This document shows positions 46,749 through 56,877 of a DNA stretch of 64,000 nt, in pieces. The notes beneath the pieces are model-generated. The model was not told where the DNA came from. It ran no database searches and saw nothing but the letters and a program-made list of their open reading frames with translations. Location: assembly GCA_041664245.1 (NCBI GenBank), contig JBAYLC010000001.1, positions 22,654 to 86,653 of the forward strand, written 5' to 3'. Each line of letters starts with the position of its first letter. The stretch's first letter is position 1. The DNA is from Minisyncoccota bacterium (GTDB lineage: Bacteria; Patescibacteriota; Minisyncoccia; UBA6257; 2-01-FULL-56-20). A program made the position numbers and the translations under genes.

Positions 46749-46761
46749 TGTATGCTATAAT
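46732..46761 (+). promoter_or_regulatory. Consensus sigma70 promoter (TTGACA-18-TATAAT) inside 3' end of gatB
   Basis: -35 at 46732-46737 and -10 at 46756-46761. ~48 nt upstream of ORF 46810, which has a strong GGAGG RBS. Confidence 0.55.
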
Positions 46762-46809
46762 AAAAATAGCAAACCTGACAACCTAAATCTTAACCCTTAG
46801 GAGGGGTGT

Positions 46810-47325
46810 ATGTATCGTGTTTTTTCATCTATCTTGGTGGCGCTTATCATCGTGATTAGCGTGTCTATTTCCGCGATCGCCGGTAACTACCCGCCAGCCA
46901 ACCTCAAGGCCGTATCTATCGAAGATAGCATCGGAGTCTCCATTCCAATCATCTCGGTATCGATCTATCAGTACAGCCAGGAATATCGGAGTCAAAGAAG
47001 TCTTGATGGCCAGATCGTGCGTGGTACTGTGGTCATCTACGGCTTTGAAAACGAAATCTACCGATTCGATTTATATGGAGGCGACAGCACAAAACTGCCG
47101 ATTTCGTATAAAAATTGCTATGGCTTTTTCAACCATGCGCAAATCGTCTACGTTGACGGTGCCGAATCGGAAATAGTCATCCATAAAGCCCAAGAGTACG
47201 GCGACGGTCTCTACGAAGGCAAGAATGCCGCCGAGCGAATCTGCGAGATCAGAATCGGCAAGGATGACGTTGAGGCTCAAGACCAGGTGTGCGCTTTTGA
47301 GCCATACGTGACCACCATCAAATGA
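46810..47325 (+). CDS. Hypothetical secreted protein
   Basis: 171 aa. Signal peptide. Strong RBS. Confidence 0.5.
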   Translation: MYRVFSSILVALIIVISVSISAIAGNYPPANLKAVSIEDSIGVSIPIISVSIYQYSQEYRSQRSLDGQIVRGTVVIYGFENEIYRFDLYGGDSTKLPISYKNCYGFFNHAQIVYVDGAESEIVIHKAQEYGDGLYEGKNAAERICEIRIGKDDVEAQDQVCAFEPYVTTIK

Positions 47326-47378
47326 TTTTCTCTCGCCCCATTTCGTCCTAATCGAAATAAGATTAAGGAAAACTCCAA

Positions 47379-47414
47379 GGCCGCTGACGCTCACTGTCGC
47401 GGCCTTTTTCTTTT
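47379..47414 (+). terminator. Rho-independent terminator
   Basis: GGCCGC-tgacgctcactgtc-GCGGCC followed by TTTTTCTTTTC. Confidence 0.65.
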
Positions 47415-47422
47415 CTAAAATA

Positions 47423-48379
47423 TCACCTACTTATAAAGTCATCTATCAATCCCGAATAGCTTTTGAAGTCATCAATCCAATTAATCTTTTTATCTTTTTT
47501 AAACCACGTCATCTGCCGTTTTGCGTAATGCCAAGTGTTCATTTTAATTTTTTCTTTCGCTTCTTCCTTAGAAATTTTTCCTTCCAAAAAATCAATTACT
47601 TCTTTGTAGCCAATCGTATTTAACGCCTTAATACCTTTCCTATATTTTTGAACTATTTTTTTTGTTTCCTCAACTAATCCCTGCTTAAACATTTTCTCCA
47701 CCCTTTTCGAAATATTTTCCTTTAGTTTCTGATCTGGGATTTTTATTCCCAGCTCTAGAAATTCGTATTTCGATTTTTTCCTTTTTTGTTGGGAAGAAAA
47801 AGATTTGCCGGAATTGATTATCACCTCAAGCGCCCGAATCACTCGCCGCGGATTTTTTAGGTCCACCGTTTGAGCCGACAGGGGATCAATTTCCTTGAGT
47901 TTTCCCGCCAACCTCTCCAATCCGTATTTTTCCATCTCGGCTTCTAATTTTTGCCTCAACTTCAAATCTATTTTTACCTTCGGTATGGATAAATTTTCCG
48001 TAAGTGCTCGGATATAAAGCCCCGTTCCGCCGCAGACAATTGGCAGTTTTCCTCTCGATAAAATTTCTTTTATTGCTTTTTCCGCTAACCGTTTATAATC
48101 CACCACCGTAAAATCCTTGTTAGGCTCAACCACATCAATCAAATAATGTTTTATCCCTTTGTAGCAGTACTCATCTTCTTGTCGATTTTTTTCTAACTCT
48201 TGATACTTCCCGCGGGGCACTTTTCCCGTCCCAATATCCAGCCCCCTGTACACCTGCCTCGAATCCGCCGAAATAATCTCCCCGTTAAATCGGCTAGCTA
48301 GTTTTACCGCCCACTCCGACTTCCCGCTCGCGGTTGGCCCTAAAATTATCAGTACTTTATTTAATTCTTTATTTTCCAT
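47423..48379 (-). CDS. miaA: tRNA dimethylallyltransferase
   Basis: 318 aa. P-loop GPTASGKS. DSRQVYRGLDIGTGK motif. Confidence 0.88.
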   Translation of the reverse strand: MENKELNKVLIILGPTASGKSEWAVKLASRFNGEIISADSRQVYRGLDIGTGKVPRGKYQELEKNRQEDEYCYKGIKHYLIDVVEPNKDFTVVDYKRLAEKAIKEILSRGKLPIVCGGTGLYIRALTENLSIPKVKIDLKLRQKLEAEMEKYGLERLAGKLKEIDPLSAQTVDLKNPRRVIRALEVIINSGKSFSSQQKRKKSKYEFLELGIKIPDQKLKENISKRVEKMFKQGLVEETKKIVQKYRKGIKALNTIGYKEVIDFLEGKISKEEAKEKIKMNTWHYAKRQMTWFKKDKKINWIDDFKSYSGLIDDFISR

Positions 48380-48432
48380 TTTTCTTATAATATACTTACC
48401 TTAGTTCTATTTCACAACCAAAGAGGTTCCCT

Positions 48433-48666
48433 ATGAGCAAATCAACTATGAAGAAAGCTTTGGTGTGTTTAGCTGCATTCCTAGGCTTTCTTCTAATAAT
48501 GCTAGCGGCATTTTCTTCAACTGCCGCCGTCTTTTTCCATCAACTTCTTAACGGCGAGAACGTTCTCTATCTAACGGCTCTAACCGCCCTAGTTGTTGGA
48601 ATCCTGCCGACCTATCTATTATCCAGGTTTTGTTGCCGGTATTTTAAGAAAATCGGACTATGTTGA
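48433..48666 (+). CDS. Small hypothetical membrane protein
   Basis: 77 aa. Two TM helices. Confidence 0.3.
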   Translation: MSKSTMKKALVCLAAFLGFLLIMLAAFSSTAAVFFHQLLNGENVLYLTALTALVVGILPTYLLSRFCCRYFKKIGLC

Positions 48667-48694
48667 TCGACTTGCCGCTTCTCTCAAGTAGCTA

Positions 48695-48725
48695 AAAACC
48701 CCACATCTCTGTGGGGTCTTATTTA
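48695..48725. terminator. Bidirectional hairpin terminator between convergent genes
   Basis: ACCCCACA-tctct-GTGGGGT flanked by an A-tract and a T-tract. Confidence 0.6.
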
Positions 48726-50483
48726 TATCGTCTTTTCTAAAATCTCCGTTTTTATTTTTTCCAATAATTTTTCTATTCCAATTTCTCCTATCTGTCCCTG
48801 CTTGTAATGTCGAACATTAACCGTCTTATTATTTTCTTCTTTCTCTCCAACAACTAAAACGTAGGGGATTTTCTGAAGTTCCGATTCCCGAATTCTTTTT
48901 CCCAAAGTTTCATTCGCATCACTAAGTTCCGTTCTGATTCCACGCTCTTCAAATTCTTTCAAAGTTTTCTTAGCATATTTTTCGAATTTTTCGCCGACCG
49001 GCAAAATCGTTGCCTGCACAGGCGAAAGCCACAGAGGGAAAGCGCCCGCGAAATGTTCAATTAAAATCGAAAGATAGCGCTCGATTGATCCCATAATCGC
49101 TGCGTGTATCATTACGATGCGCTCCCGTTCGCCCCTCTCGTCGATACAAAACAGATCAAAACGTTCCGGCATATTCATGTCGATCTGGATGGTAGCAACC
49201 TGCCATTCGCGACCAAGCGAATCTTTAGCCATGAAATCAAGTTTCGGACCATAGAAAGCCGCTTCGCCGACGCCCTCGAACCATTCACCTTCTTTTTCAG
49301 TAACAATCTCGCGTAAAATCTTTTCCGCAAATGCCCATCGCTTCGCATTGCCTAGATATTTTTCCATATGTGCCGGATCATGAAGCGAAAGCCGGGCGCG
49401 AAGGTTGAGTCCGAATGCGCTGTAGAATTCATGTACAATATCCCAAATTTTTAAGAACTCTTCTTTCGCCTGCGCTATACGGCAGAAAACATGCGCGTCG
49501 TCTTGTGTGATAGAAAGCACCCGCGCAAGCCCGGACAACTCACCCGATTGTTCGTCGCGATAGACCATTGTCGTATTTTCATAGCGTTGGGGAAGTTCGC
49601 GATAACTCCACTGCCGTCTGGCGTAGATTTGTGTGTGATGTGGGCAGTTCATGGGTTTCATCGCGAACTCATGTCCTTCACGGGTTTTTATGCGGAATAA
49701 ATCGTCCTTGAATTTTTCCCAGTGTCCACTCCGTTCATATAGATCTTTCTTTGTGATGTGTGGGATTTCTACTTTTTCATATCCGCGCGCTTTACGAAGT
49801 TGCCAAACAAAATCATCTAGAAGGTTACGAAGGAGTGTACCTTTCGGCGTCCAAAGTGGAAGACCCGCCCCAACAAGATCCGAAAAAGTGAAAAGATCCA
49901 ATTCCTGTCCTAATTTTCTATGGTCTCGTTTTTTGGCTTCCTCCAGGAGTTTTGTGTACTCCGCCAATTCTGCTTTTGTGTTAAAAGCCAAACCGTAAAT
50001 TCGCTGGAGCATCGGATTTTTTTCGCTGCCCCGCCAATAAGCGCCGGCAATTTTATTTAATTTAAAACCATCCGCCGGAATTTCTTTGGTGTTTTTAACA
50101 TGCCCTCCTCGGCAAAGATCCAAAAAAATATCGCCGGTCTTGTAGATTGATATCGGCTCTTTTGTTTTTGAAAGTTCGTTAATTAATTCCAACTTAAACG
50201 GCTGGTCGCGGAAAACTTTTTTTGCTTCCACTCCGGTAATCTTTTTTCCAGAAAATGGAATTTCTTCCTTAATATACGTCCGCATTATAGCCTCAATCTC
50301 CTTGAGATCTTCGGGGGTAAGCGAGCGGGGGAGCAGAAAATCATAATAAAACCCGTCCTCAATTACCGGGCCAATACCTAGTTTGGCCTTGGGAAATTTC
50401 TTTAAAACTGCCGCCGCCAGAAGGTGCGACAAAGAATGGCGGATATTGTCTAAATTATTACCTTTTTCTAATTTTATAGGCAT
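48723..50483 (-). CDS. thrS: Threonine--tRNA ligase
   Basis: 586 aa. Class II motifs (YRDEQSGELSGLARVLSITQDDAHVFC). Zinc-binding editing/catalytic region. C-terminal anticodon-binding domain. Confidence 0.9.
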   Translation of the reverse strand: MPIKLEKGNNLDNIRHSLSHLLAAAVLKKFPKAKLGIGPVIEDGFYYDFLLPRSLTPEDLKEIEAIMRTYIKEEIPFSGKKITGVEAKKVFRDQPFKLELINELSKTKEPISIYKTGDIFLDLCRGGHVKNTKEIPADGFKLNKIAGAYWRGSEKNPMLQRIYGLAFNTKAELAEYTKLLEEAKKRDHRKLGQELDLFTFSDLVGAGLPLWTPKGTLLRNLLDDFVWQLRKARGYEKVEIPHITKKDLYERSGHWEKFKDDLFRIKTREGHEFAMKPMNCPHHTQIYARRQWSYRELPQRYENTTMVYRDEQSGELSGLARVLSITQDDAHVFCRIAQAKEEFLKIWDIVHEFYSAFGLNLRARLSLHDPAHMEKYLGNAKRWAFAEKILREIVTEKEGEWFEGVGEAAFYGPKLDFMAKDSLGREWQVATIQIDMNMPERFDLFCIDERGERERIVMIHAAIMGSIERYLSILIEHFAGAFPLWLSPVQATILPVGEKFEKYAKKTLKEFEERGIRTELSDANETLGKRIRESELQKIPYVLVVGEKEENNKTVNVRHYKQGQIGEIGIEKLLEKIKTEILEKTI

Positions 50484-50548
50484 TTCAGTGATTATAAGGC
50501 GAAGTCGCCATTTTTGAAAGAGTCGCCAAGTTAGTGTATTATTTTCAG

Positions 50549-51784
50549 ATGTTAGACATCAAGCTAATCCGAGAAAATCCCGACCGCGTTAAACGAGGCC
50601 TATTTTCTAAGAGAGCTGATCCTGCTCTGGTGGATCAATTTTTAGCTCTTGATGAAGAATGGCGGAATTTAACCAAAGAATCAGAAAATCTTCGCGCCCA
50701 GCAAAAAAAGCTAAGCGGCCAAGATGTCGCCGAAGAAGCTCGCAAAATAAAATCTCTTTTTCAAGAATTGGATACCAAGTTGGCCGCGGTCGCCGCTAAA
50801 AGAGATTCACTCTTATTGGAATTTCCTAATATCCCTTTCGACGATGCGCTAGTCGGTAAAGACGAATCCGAAAATCGCGTCGTTCGCGAAGCGGGGGATA
50901 AGCCTGATTTTAGAAAATTTGAACCGAAAGATTATCTCACCCTCGCTAAAATTCACGATCTAATTGACATTGATCGCGCGGGCGTTGTTTCCGGCAGCCG
51001 TTTCGGTTACTTGAAAAACGAAGCCGTCTTAATCGAATTTGCTCTTATTGAGCTAGCTTTCAAAACGGCGATTAAAGCCGGTTTCACTCCCATGATCCCG
51101 CCGGTAATGATTCGTCCGGAAATAATGCAAAACATGGGCAAGGGAAAATTTATAGAAGAGCACGACGCTTTTTATGTCGCCGAGGATAATCTTTACCTAG
51201 TTGGTTCTTCTGAGCATTCCATTGGTCCCTATCATCAAGATTTTATTTTTAACGAAAACGACTTGCCTAAACGTTACGTCGGATTTTCCACCTGTTTTCG
51301 CCGCGAAGCCGGCAGTTATGGAAAAGATACCAAAGGCATCCTTCGTGTTCACCAATTTGATAAAGTGGAAATGTTGGCTTTCTCCAAGCCTGAGGAATCA
51401 GAAGGGCACCATATTTTCATGGTTAATCTTCAGGAGGAATTAATGAAAAAACTGGAGCTTCCCTTCCGGGTGATGGAAATTTGCACCGGCGATATGACTT
51501 TTGCCGATGCCCGCCAGTTCGATATCGAAACTTGGATTCCCAGCGAAAATCGATTTCGAGAAACTCATTCCTGTTCCAACACTACCGACTATCAATCCCG
51601 CGGCATCAATGCCCGCTACCGCGACAAAACCGATGGAATTAATTATGTTCATATGTTAAACGGCACCGTTTTTGCCATTGGCCGAACGTTAATTGCTATT
51701 ATAGAAAATTATCAAACCAAAGACGGTAAAATAAAAATTCCCAAAGTTCTCCAGGATTATGTTGGTAAAAAAGAAATCGGCTAG
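50549..51784 (+). CDS. serS: Serine--tRNA ligase
   Basis: ~411 aa from ATG 50549. N-terminal coiled-coil arm. Class II core motifs. Confidence 0.9.
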   Translation: MLDIKLIRENPDRVKRGLFSKRADPALVDQFLALDEEWRNLTKESENLRAQQKKLSGQDVAEEARKIKSLFQELDTKLAAVAAKRDSLLLEFPNIPFDDALVGKDESENRVVREAGDKPDFRKFEPKDYLTLAKIHDLIDIDRAGVVSGSRFGYLKNEAVLIEFALIELAFKTAIKAGFTPMIPPVMIRPEIMQNMGKGKFIEEHDAFYVAEDNLYLVGSSEHSIGPYHQDFIFNENDLPKRYVGFSTCFRREAGSYGKDTKGILRVHQFDKVEMLAFSKPEESEGHHIFMVNLQEELMKKLELPFRVMEICTGDMTFADARQFDIETWIPSENRFRETHSCSNTTDYQSRGINARYRDKTDGINYVHMLNGTVFAIGRTLIAIIENYQTKDGKIKIPKVLQDYVGKKEIG

Positions 51785-52937
51785 CACTACAAGTGGGGCC
51801 TTTAATTCTTTTGGCGCTTTTCGAACCTGGATTGAAATTAGCCGATCCGCCGCAGAGCATAATTATCGTATTTTTCGTGCCCTTATCAATCCGGAAACAA
51901 AATTATGGGCAGTTGTAAAATCAAACGCCTACGGGCACGGCCTTCTCGTCTTTTCAAAATTAATTGATAAAATTGGCATCGATGGATTTTGTGTCGACAG
52001 TCTTCTTGAGGGGCTAAAACTTCGAAAAGAAGGGATTAAAAAATCAATTCTCGTTTTAGGCCCCACACTTCAAAATATCTCCGACTTAGCAAAAAAAGAA
52101 AATATTACCATCACCGTTTCTAGCTTTGACGCTCTTCGGGCAATCGGTCAAATGAAATCTCCGCCCAATTTTCATTTAAAAATTGATACCGGCATGCATC
52201 GACAAGGTTTTTTCATGAAAGACATCCCCCGAATCATCCGGTTCTTAAACGATAAGCGATTTGCGCTTCACGATTCGCTAAATGGCATCTACACTCATTT
52301 TGCTTCGGCCAAAGACACAAACTATCCCACCTACACCGACCTCCAATTTAATCAATTCAGCAAAGCCGTAAAAATTTTCGAAACCGCCGGCTTTAAAAAT
52401 TTAATTAAACACGTTAGCGCCACCGGCGGTGTGATGATTGATCCTAAATATCATCTCAACGCTGTCCGAGTTGGAATTGGCCTCTACGGCCTTTGGCCCG
52501 CTAAAGAATTGGAAATTCAACTCGGTTCCCAAATTAATCTTGAGCCAATTTTAAATTGGAAAACTATCATTAGTGAAATAAAAAATATTTCCTCCGGCCA
52601 ATTTGTGGGTTATGATTTAGTCGAGCGTGTTTTACGTCCCTCTAAAATTGCTGTTTTGCCCATTGGTTATTGGCATGGCCTTTCCCGCGCCCTTTCTGGT
52701 GTTGGAGAGATTCTAATAAACGGCCGACGGGCAAAAATCTTGGGCCGCGTTTCAATGGACTTGGTCGTTGTTGATGTAACTGGTATTAAATGTGGGGTAG
52801 GAGATTCCGCTATTTTAATCGGTAAAGACAGAAACCAAAAAATTACCGCTTTTGAACTTGGCCAAAAATCCAACACCTCGCACTACGAATTTGTTACTCG
52901 TCTTAATCCGCTTATGGAGCGAATTATTATAAGCTAA
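51759..52937 (+). CDS. alr: Alanine racemase
   Basis: 392 aa. PLP-Lys motif AVVKSNAYGHG. Overlaps serS by 26 nt, so the start is uncertain. Confidence 0.85.
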   Translation: MLVKKKSASTTSGAFNSFGAFRTWIEISRSAAEHNYRIFRALINPETKLWAVVKSNAYGHGLLVFSKLIDKIGIDGFCVDSLLEGLKLRKEGIKKSILVLGPTLQNISDLAKKENITITVSSFDALRAIGQMKSPPNFHLKIDTGMHRQGFFMKDIPRIIRFLNDKRFALHDSLNGIYTHFASAKDTNYPTYTDLQFNQFSKAVKIFETAGFKNLIKHVSATGGVMIDPKYHLNAVRVGIGLYGLWPAKELEIQLGSQINLEPILNWKTIISEIKNISSGQFVGYDLVERVLRPSKIAVLPIGYWHGLSRALSGVGEILINGRRAKILGRVSMDLVVVDVTGIKCGVGDSAILIGKDRNQKITAFELGQKSNTSHYEFVTRLNPLMERIIIS

Positions 52938-52947
52938 TTTTTATCTT

Positions 52948-53853
52948 ATGAAAGACAAACCAAAAGAAATCGCTCCCTATCTATCTAGCCTTAAAAAGCA
53001 AAAAACCCAGCGGCGGTTATTTATTCGATTAAGCATCGTCCTTGTCTGTACTGGATTGGTCTTGATCGGGAGCATGTGGTTAGTCGTCAATTTTCCATTT
53101 TTTCACTTCAAAGAAATAAAAGTCAATTTATCTGATAATCTAGACAAAAGCCAAATTCTAAGCGCTGTTCAGTCGCAAGTCATCCTTGATTCCTATGTTA
53201 GAAAAATTTTAGGCCCCAGCCATTTTTTCATTTGGCCCAACTCAATTACCGGCGCCAATTTAAAAATTCCCCAGATCAGCAAAGTTAATATTGAAAAAAA
53301 ATATTTCAGCCGCGCCCTGATTCTAGACGTGGTTGAGAGAAAACCAACCGGTGTTTGGTGTGAAAAATCTTCTCTTTCGAATCGAATCGAAAAAGCGGAC
53401 AACTCCACTCCAACTTTATCCGAAGATAACCCAGACGAATTAATAACCTTAGATGAAATTGCCTCTGCGCGATGTTTCTTTTTTGATTCCGCTGGAATAA
53501 TTTTTATGAAAACTGCCACCACCGGCGGCAACTTGGTAAAAGTTGTGAGCGACTATTCCAAACGAATTCTCACTCTAAATTCAAAAATTCTTCCTGATCG
53601 TTTTCTTCCTAATCTTTTTTCAGTTTTCAGCGTCATCGATGAAGCCAAATTAAATGTTGAAGAAATAATTTTGCGTGATCTTACTCTCCAGGAAATAACT
53701 GTTAAAATTAATTCCGGACCGGAAATTTATTTCAGCTTGCGCCATCCTTCTAATTCTTATCTATTATTTTTGAAATCTGTCATTAAAAACCAAAATCTTT
53801 CAAAACTAAAATATATCGATCTTCGTGTTGAAAATCGCGCCTACACGAATTAA
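52948..53853 (+). CDS. FtsQ/DivIB-like cell-division protein (single N-terminal TM + POTRA-like region)
   Basis: 301 aa bitopic. Sits next to cell-wall and division genes. Confidence 0.45.
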   Translation: MKDKPKEIAPYLSSLKKQKTQRRLFIRLSIVLVCTGLVLIGSMWLVVNFPFFHFKEIKVNLSDNLDKSQILSAVQSQVILDSYVRKILGPSHFFIWPNSITGANLKIPQISKVNIEKKYFSRALILDVVERKPTGVWCEKSSLSNRIEKADNSTPTLSEDNPDELITLDEIASARCFFFDSAGIIFMKTATTGGNLVKVVSDYSKRILTLNSKILPDRFLPNLFSVFSVIDEAKLNVEEIILRDLTLQEITVKINSGPEIYFSLRHPSNSYLLFLKSVIKNQNLSKLKYIDLRVENRAYTN

Positions 53854-53907
53854 ATGATAAGGCAATCAGTGATTGAGAAAATTTAGAGGACCTGATAAAA
53901 TGCTCTC

Positions 53908-56022
53908 GTGATTAGTAAGCTATTTAAAAGCCATCGGCGCACTCCTGTAAGTGATATCCGAGGTCCGAAAAGCGAAAAAGAGCTTCTTGAATCTATCCGC
54001 CGAAATAGGTCTATAAAAGCCGGCCAGGCCGCAAAATTTATGTCTTCGCGAGATAAATTTTCTCTCCCTAAAACCAGTCCCTCTTTTCCAAAACGGCGTC
54101 GGCTTGTGTTTCTTTTTATTGCTCTTGTTTTCTTAGGATTAGGGATATTCGTGTTTGTAAATATTTATGCCTTTCAGTCAGAAATTATTTCCAGTGTAAA
54201 GAAAAATTTTGGAAATTTTCAGGCTCTCGCCAGTAAGTTCAAATTTGGTAATCCAAATAACGACCTCAATCTAAATTCTATAAGCCAAATAAATCTCGCT
54301 AAAAATAAACCCTTTGGCACTGATGCTTTGGCGAAAATTTGGCCGGTTTTGAAAAATAGTTTGCAGACCTATGAAAGTTTTCAAGCCATAACCGCTAATG
54401 GTTTGAATTTATTTAATGAATCAGGGCAGTTTATAAATAATCTTCCGGATTTAATCTTCAAGCGGCAGGGGAGCGAATTAATCAGCCGTCTTGAATCGAT
54501 TAACAGACTTCTTGGGAAAATTAGAAGTAATAATAGCGAACTGGCTGCTATTTCTAACTCTCTCAGTAATCTTTCAGAAATCGACTCTGATTTTCAAATT
54601 CCCTTTAATCTTGACGTTGAAAAACTTTATAAACTTTCCGGCGCTATTTTGGGTTGGTTGAAGAAATCTGGTGATCATCACCTTCTTGTTCTTCTTGAAA
54701 ATCCTTCTGAAATGCGTCCGACCGGCGGGTTTGTCGGAAGCTACGCCGATCTCGTCATCGGTGGTGGCGCTATCAAGAGTATTGATATTCATGACGTGAA
54801 TGATGTCGACAATGAATCCGATCAAAAAATTATTCCCCCCAAGCCGATTCAAGTTATCGCCACTCGCTTCAAGGTTGCCGATGCTAATTGGTTTTTTGAT
54901 TTTCCAACTTCCGCCCAAAAAATTATCCAATTCTCCGAAGCCTCCAATCTCTACAAAAAATCTGATATCACCTTTGATGGTGTTATCGCCGTCTCAGGCT
55001 ACGCTATTAATGATCTGCTCGAAATCACCGGCCCTATAGTGGTGGAAATTCCCAGTGACAATGGCAGTAAAAGTAAAAAACTAACACTCGATAATAAAAA
55101 TTTTCTTGAAGAAATTCAACGCCAAGTTCAAGTCGATCGTTCAGTTGGTGATAGTTACCCCAAAAAAATAATTCAGGCCGTTACGCCGCTGTTGTTTAGT
55201 AAACTCGCCTCCCTCGACGAAGCTGGTAAACAAAAACTTTTTTCCAAATTTGGTGAATGGTTAGTCGACAAGGACTTAGTGGTTTATTTTAAAGATCCAA
55301 TAATTGAAAACTTTTTAAGTGATTTCAATGTCAGCGGCAAAATTTATGAGACTCCTTCTAATTTTTCCGGAGACTATCTTGCTGTTGTAAACGCCAACCT
55401 TGGCGGAGGTAAGTCCGATCTTTTCATAAGCCAGAACATAAATCTTCAAAGCCAAATTAATGAAGATGGCACAATTTCCAATCACCTGTTCATTACCCGC
55501 GAACACAAAGGCAACCTCGCTAGCGATTGGTGGTACAAAGTTCCCAATCAAAGCTATATCCGGGTGTTCACGCCGATCGGCGCCCAATTGGAAAATTTTT
55601 CCGGCGGTTTGGAAAAAAATATAAAAAAGCGCACTGATTATTCCAAGGGAAGTTATGTGTCCGACCCAACTGTCCAAGAAATAGAATCAACTAAACAGGA
55701 ATTTTTGAATTACCCGGATCTCACAGGTTTTACCGAAAACGAGAAAAACACTTTTGCGACTTGGGTGAAAACTGATCCAGGAAGGAAAAGTGACTTGTCT
55801 CTCAGTTATACCGAGCGTTTGCCTGCCGTTCCAAAATCAGGCTCGACCTATCGTTTTGTTTTTGAAAAACAATCCGGTGTGAATGGCGACTATAAATTCC
55901 AGCTCAGTGCGCCAATCGGTTTTCGTTGGAAAGAAAATAGATTGCCAATTTATGAATTTGAATCAAAAAATCCTCCCGGTCGCCTTATTGTTGATCTGAC
56001 TTTTGAAAAAATAACCCCCTAA
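53908..56022 (+). CDS. Large hypothetical membrane-anchored extracytoplasmic protein (possibly DUF4012-like: ENPSEMRPTGGFVGSY motif)
   Basis: 704 aa. N-terminal TM LVFLFIALVFLGLGIFVFVNIYAF. Confidence 0.5.
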   Translation: MISKLFKSHRRTPVSDIRGPKSEKELLESIRRNRSIKAGQAAKFMSSRDKFSLPKTSPSFPKRRRLVFLFIALVFLGLGIFVFVNIYAFQSEIISSVKKNFGNFQALASKFKFGNPNNDLNLNSISQINLAKNKPFGTDALAKIWPVLKNSLQTYESFQAITANGLNLFNESGQFINNLPDLIFKRQGSELISRLESINRLLGKIRSNNSELAAISNSLSNLSEIDSDFQIPFNLDVEKLYKLSGAILGWLKKSGDHHLLVLLENPSEMRPTGGFVGSYADLVIGGGAIKSIDIHDVNDVDNESDQKIIPPKPIQVIATRFKVADANWFFDFPTSAQKIIQFSEASNLYKKSDITFDGVIAVSGYAINDLLEITGPIVVEIPSDNGSKSKKLTLDNKNFLEEIQRQVQVDRSVGDSYPKKIIQAVTPLLFSKLASLDEAGKQKLFSKFGEWLVDKDLVVYFKDPIIENFLSDFNVSGKIYETPSNFSGDYLAVVNANLGGGKSDLFISQNINLQSQINEDGTISNHLFITREHKGNLASDWWYKVPNQSYIRVFTPIGAQLENFSGGLEKNIKKRTDYSKGSYVSDPTVQEIESTKQEFLNYPDLTGFTENEKNTFATWVKTDPGRKSDLSLSYTERLPAVPKSGSTYRFVFEKQSGVNGDYKFQLSAPIGFRWKENRLPIYEFESKNPPGRLIVDLTFEKITP

Positions 56023-56181
56023 AGCAACTCTGGTTAATAAAAATCCCCACAAAACAAAGTTGAATTATGGGGACTTAATCTCGGAATAATAAAGAAGTAG
56101 GGTGGGAAGTAGTTGGATAAAAGAGGACTCATCCTATGAGTACTGGTCCATCCATGTAGAGAAGTGAACAAGAGAGGTGGG

Positions 56182-56757
56182 CTAATTCTTTTTGACTTGA
56201 TGAAAGTTTCCGTCAAGTCCCAGAAAATCTTGAACAGATTCCTCGGCTCTTTCGAGCGTACCATCCTTGCCGAAGAACGAACCAGAATCAGCTTCTGGAA
56301 TTGAGGTGAAAGGCAATTGGAGATCTTTGAGCCGGGAAGTTTCTTTTGCCATGTAATAAGCATCCAATTCTTCCTCGGTCATAGTTTTGGTCGTGCTGTC
56401 TGCAGCAGAAACCAGTTTCGTTTTTGTGTCCTGTTCTGCTTTCGGTACGTCATTACTTTCCAGATGGAAAGTAACCTTGCCCTTGTTTGCGCTGGCTGTA
56501 AATCCGTTCGTCCCATCGGATTTATTAGAACCAATAAACAAGGCAATGGCTATAACTCCCAAAAGAGCTAAGCCTCCAAGATTTTCTATTCCGGAGCTAA
56601 GTGCTTGAGCCGTTTGAGCTCTTGCTAGAGCCATTCTTGTCCTAGCGTCCCAGAATTTCTTAAGAACGTACACGAGTAACAGGACCAAGACTGCAGCTAT
56701 GATCCAATTACCAAAAACCTTACCTCCAAGATCAAGGATTCGTTGAATTGTTTCCAT
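56182..56757 (-). CDS. Hypothetical membrane protein
   Basis: 191 aa. Two TM helices. Preferred over the overlapping 56034-56363 ORF in another frame. Confidence 0.45.
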   Translation of the reverse strand: METIQRILDLGGKVFGNWIIAAVLVLLLVYVLKKFWDARTRMALARAQTAQALSSGIENLGGLALLGVIAIALFIGSNKSDGTNGFTASANKGKVTFHLESNDVPKAEQDTKTKLVSAADSTTKTMTEEELDAYYMAKETSRLKDLQLPFTSIPEADSGSFFGKDGTLERAEESVQDFLGLDGNFHQVKKN

Positions 56758-56877
56758 ATAACCTCTACTTCTTGGTTATAAATTTTCTGCCAAGATTATA
56801 CTACTCTTTAATATAAAAGTCAAATATGTATAAAAAATCGTTGTTTGAGGCGGGCCTTTATGTTAATTTGAACTCCT

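Noticed and set aside
56034-56363. 109-aa minus-strand ORF overlapping 56182-56757 in another frame
   Set aside because: The 191-aa frame has TM helices and a plausible start. The shorter one is contained within it and is low-complexity.
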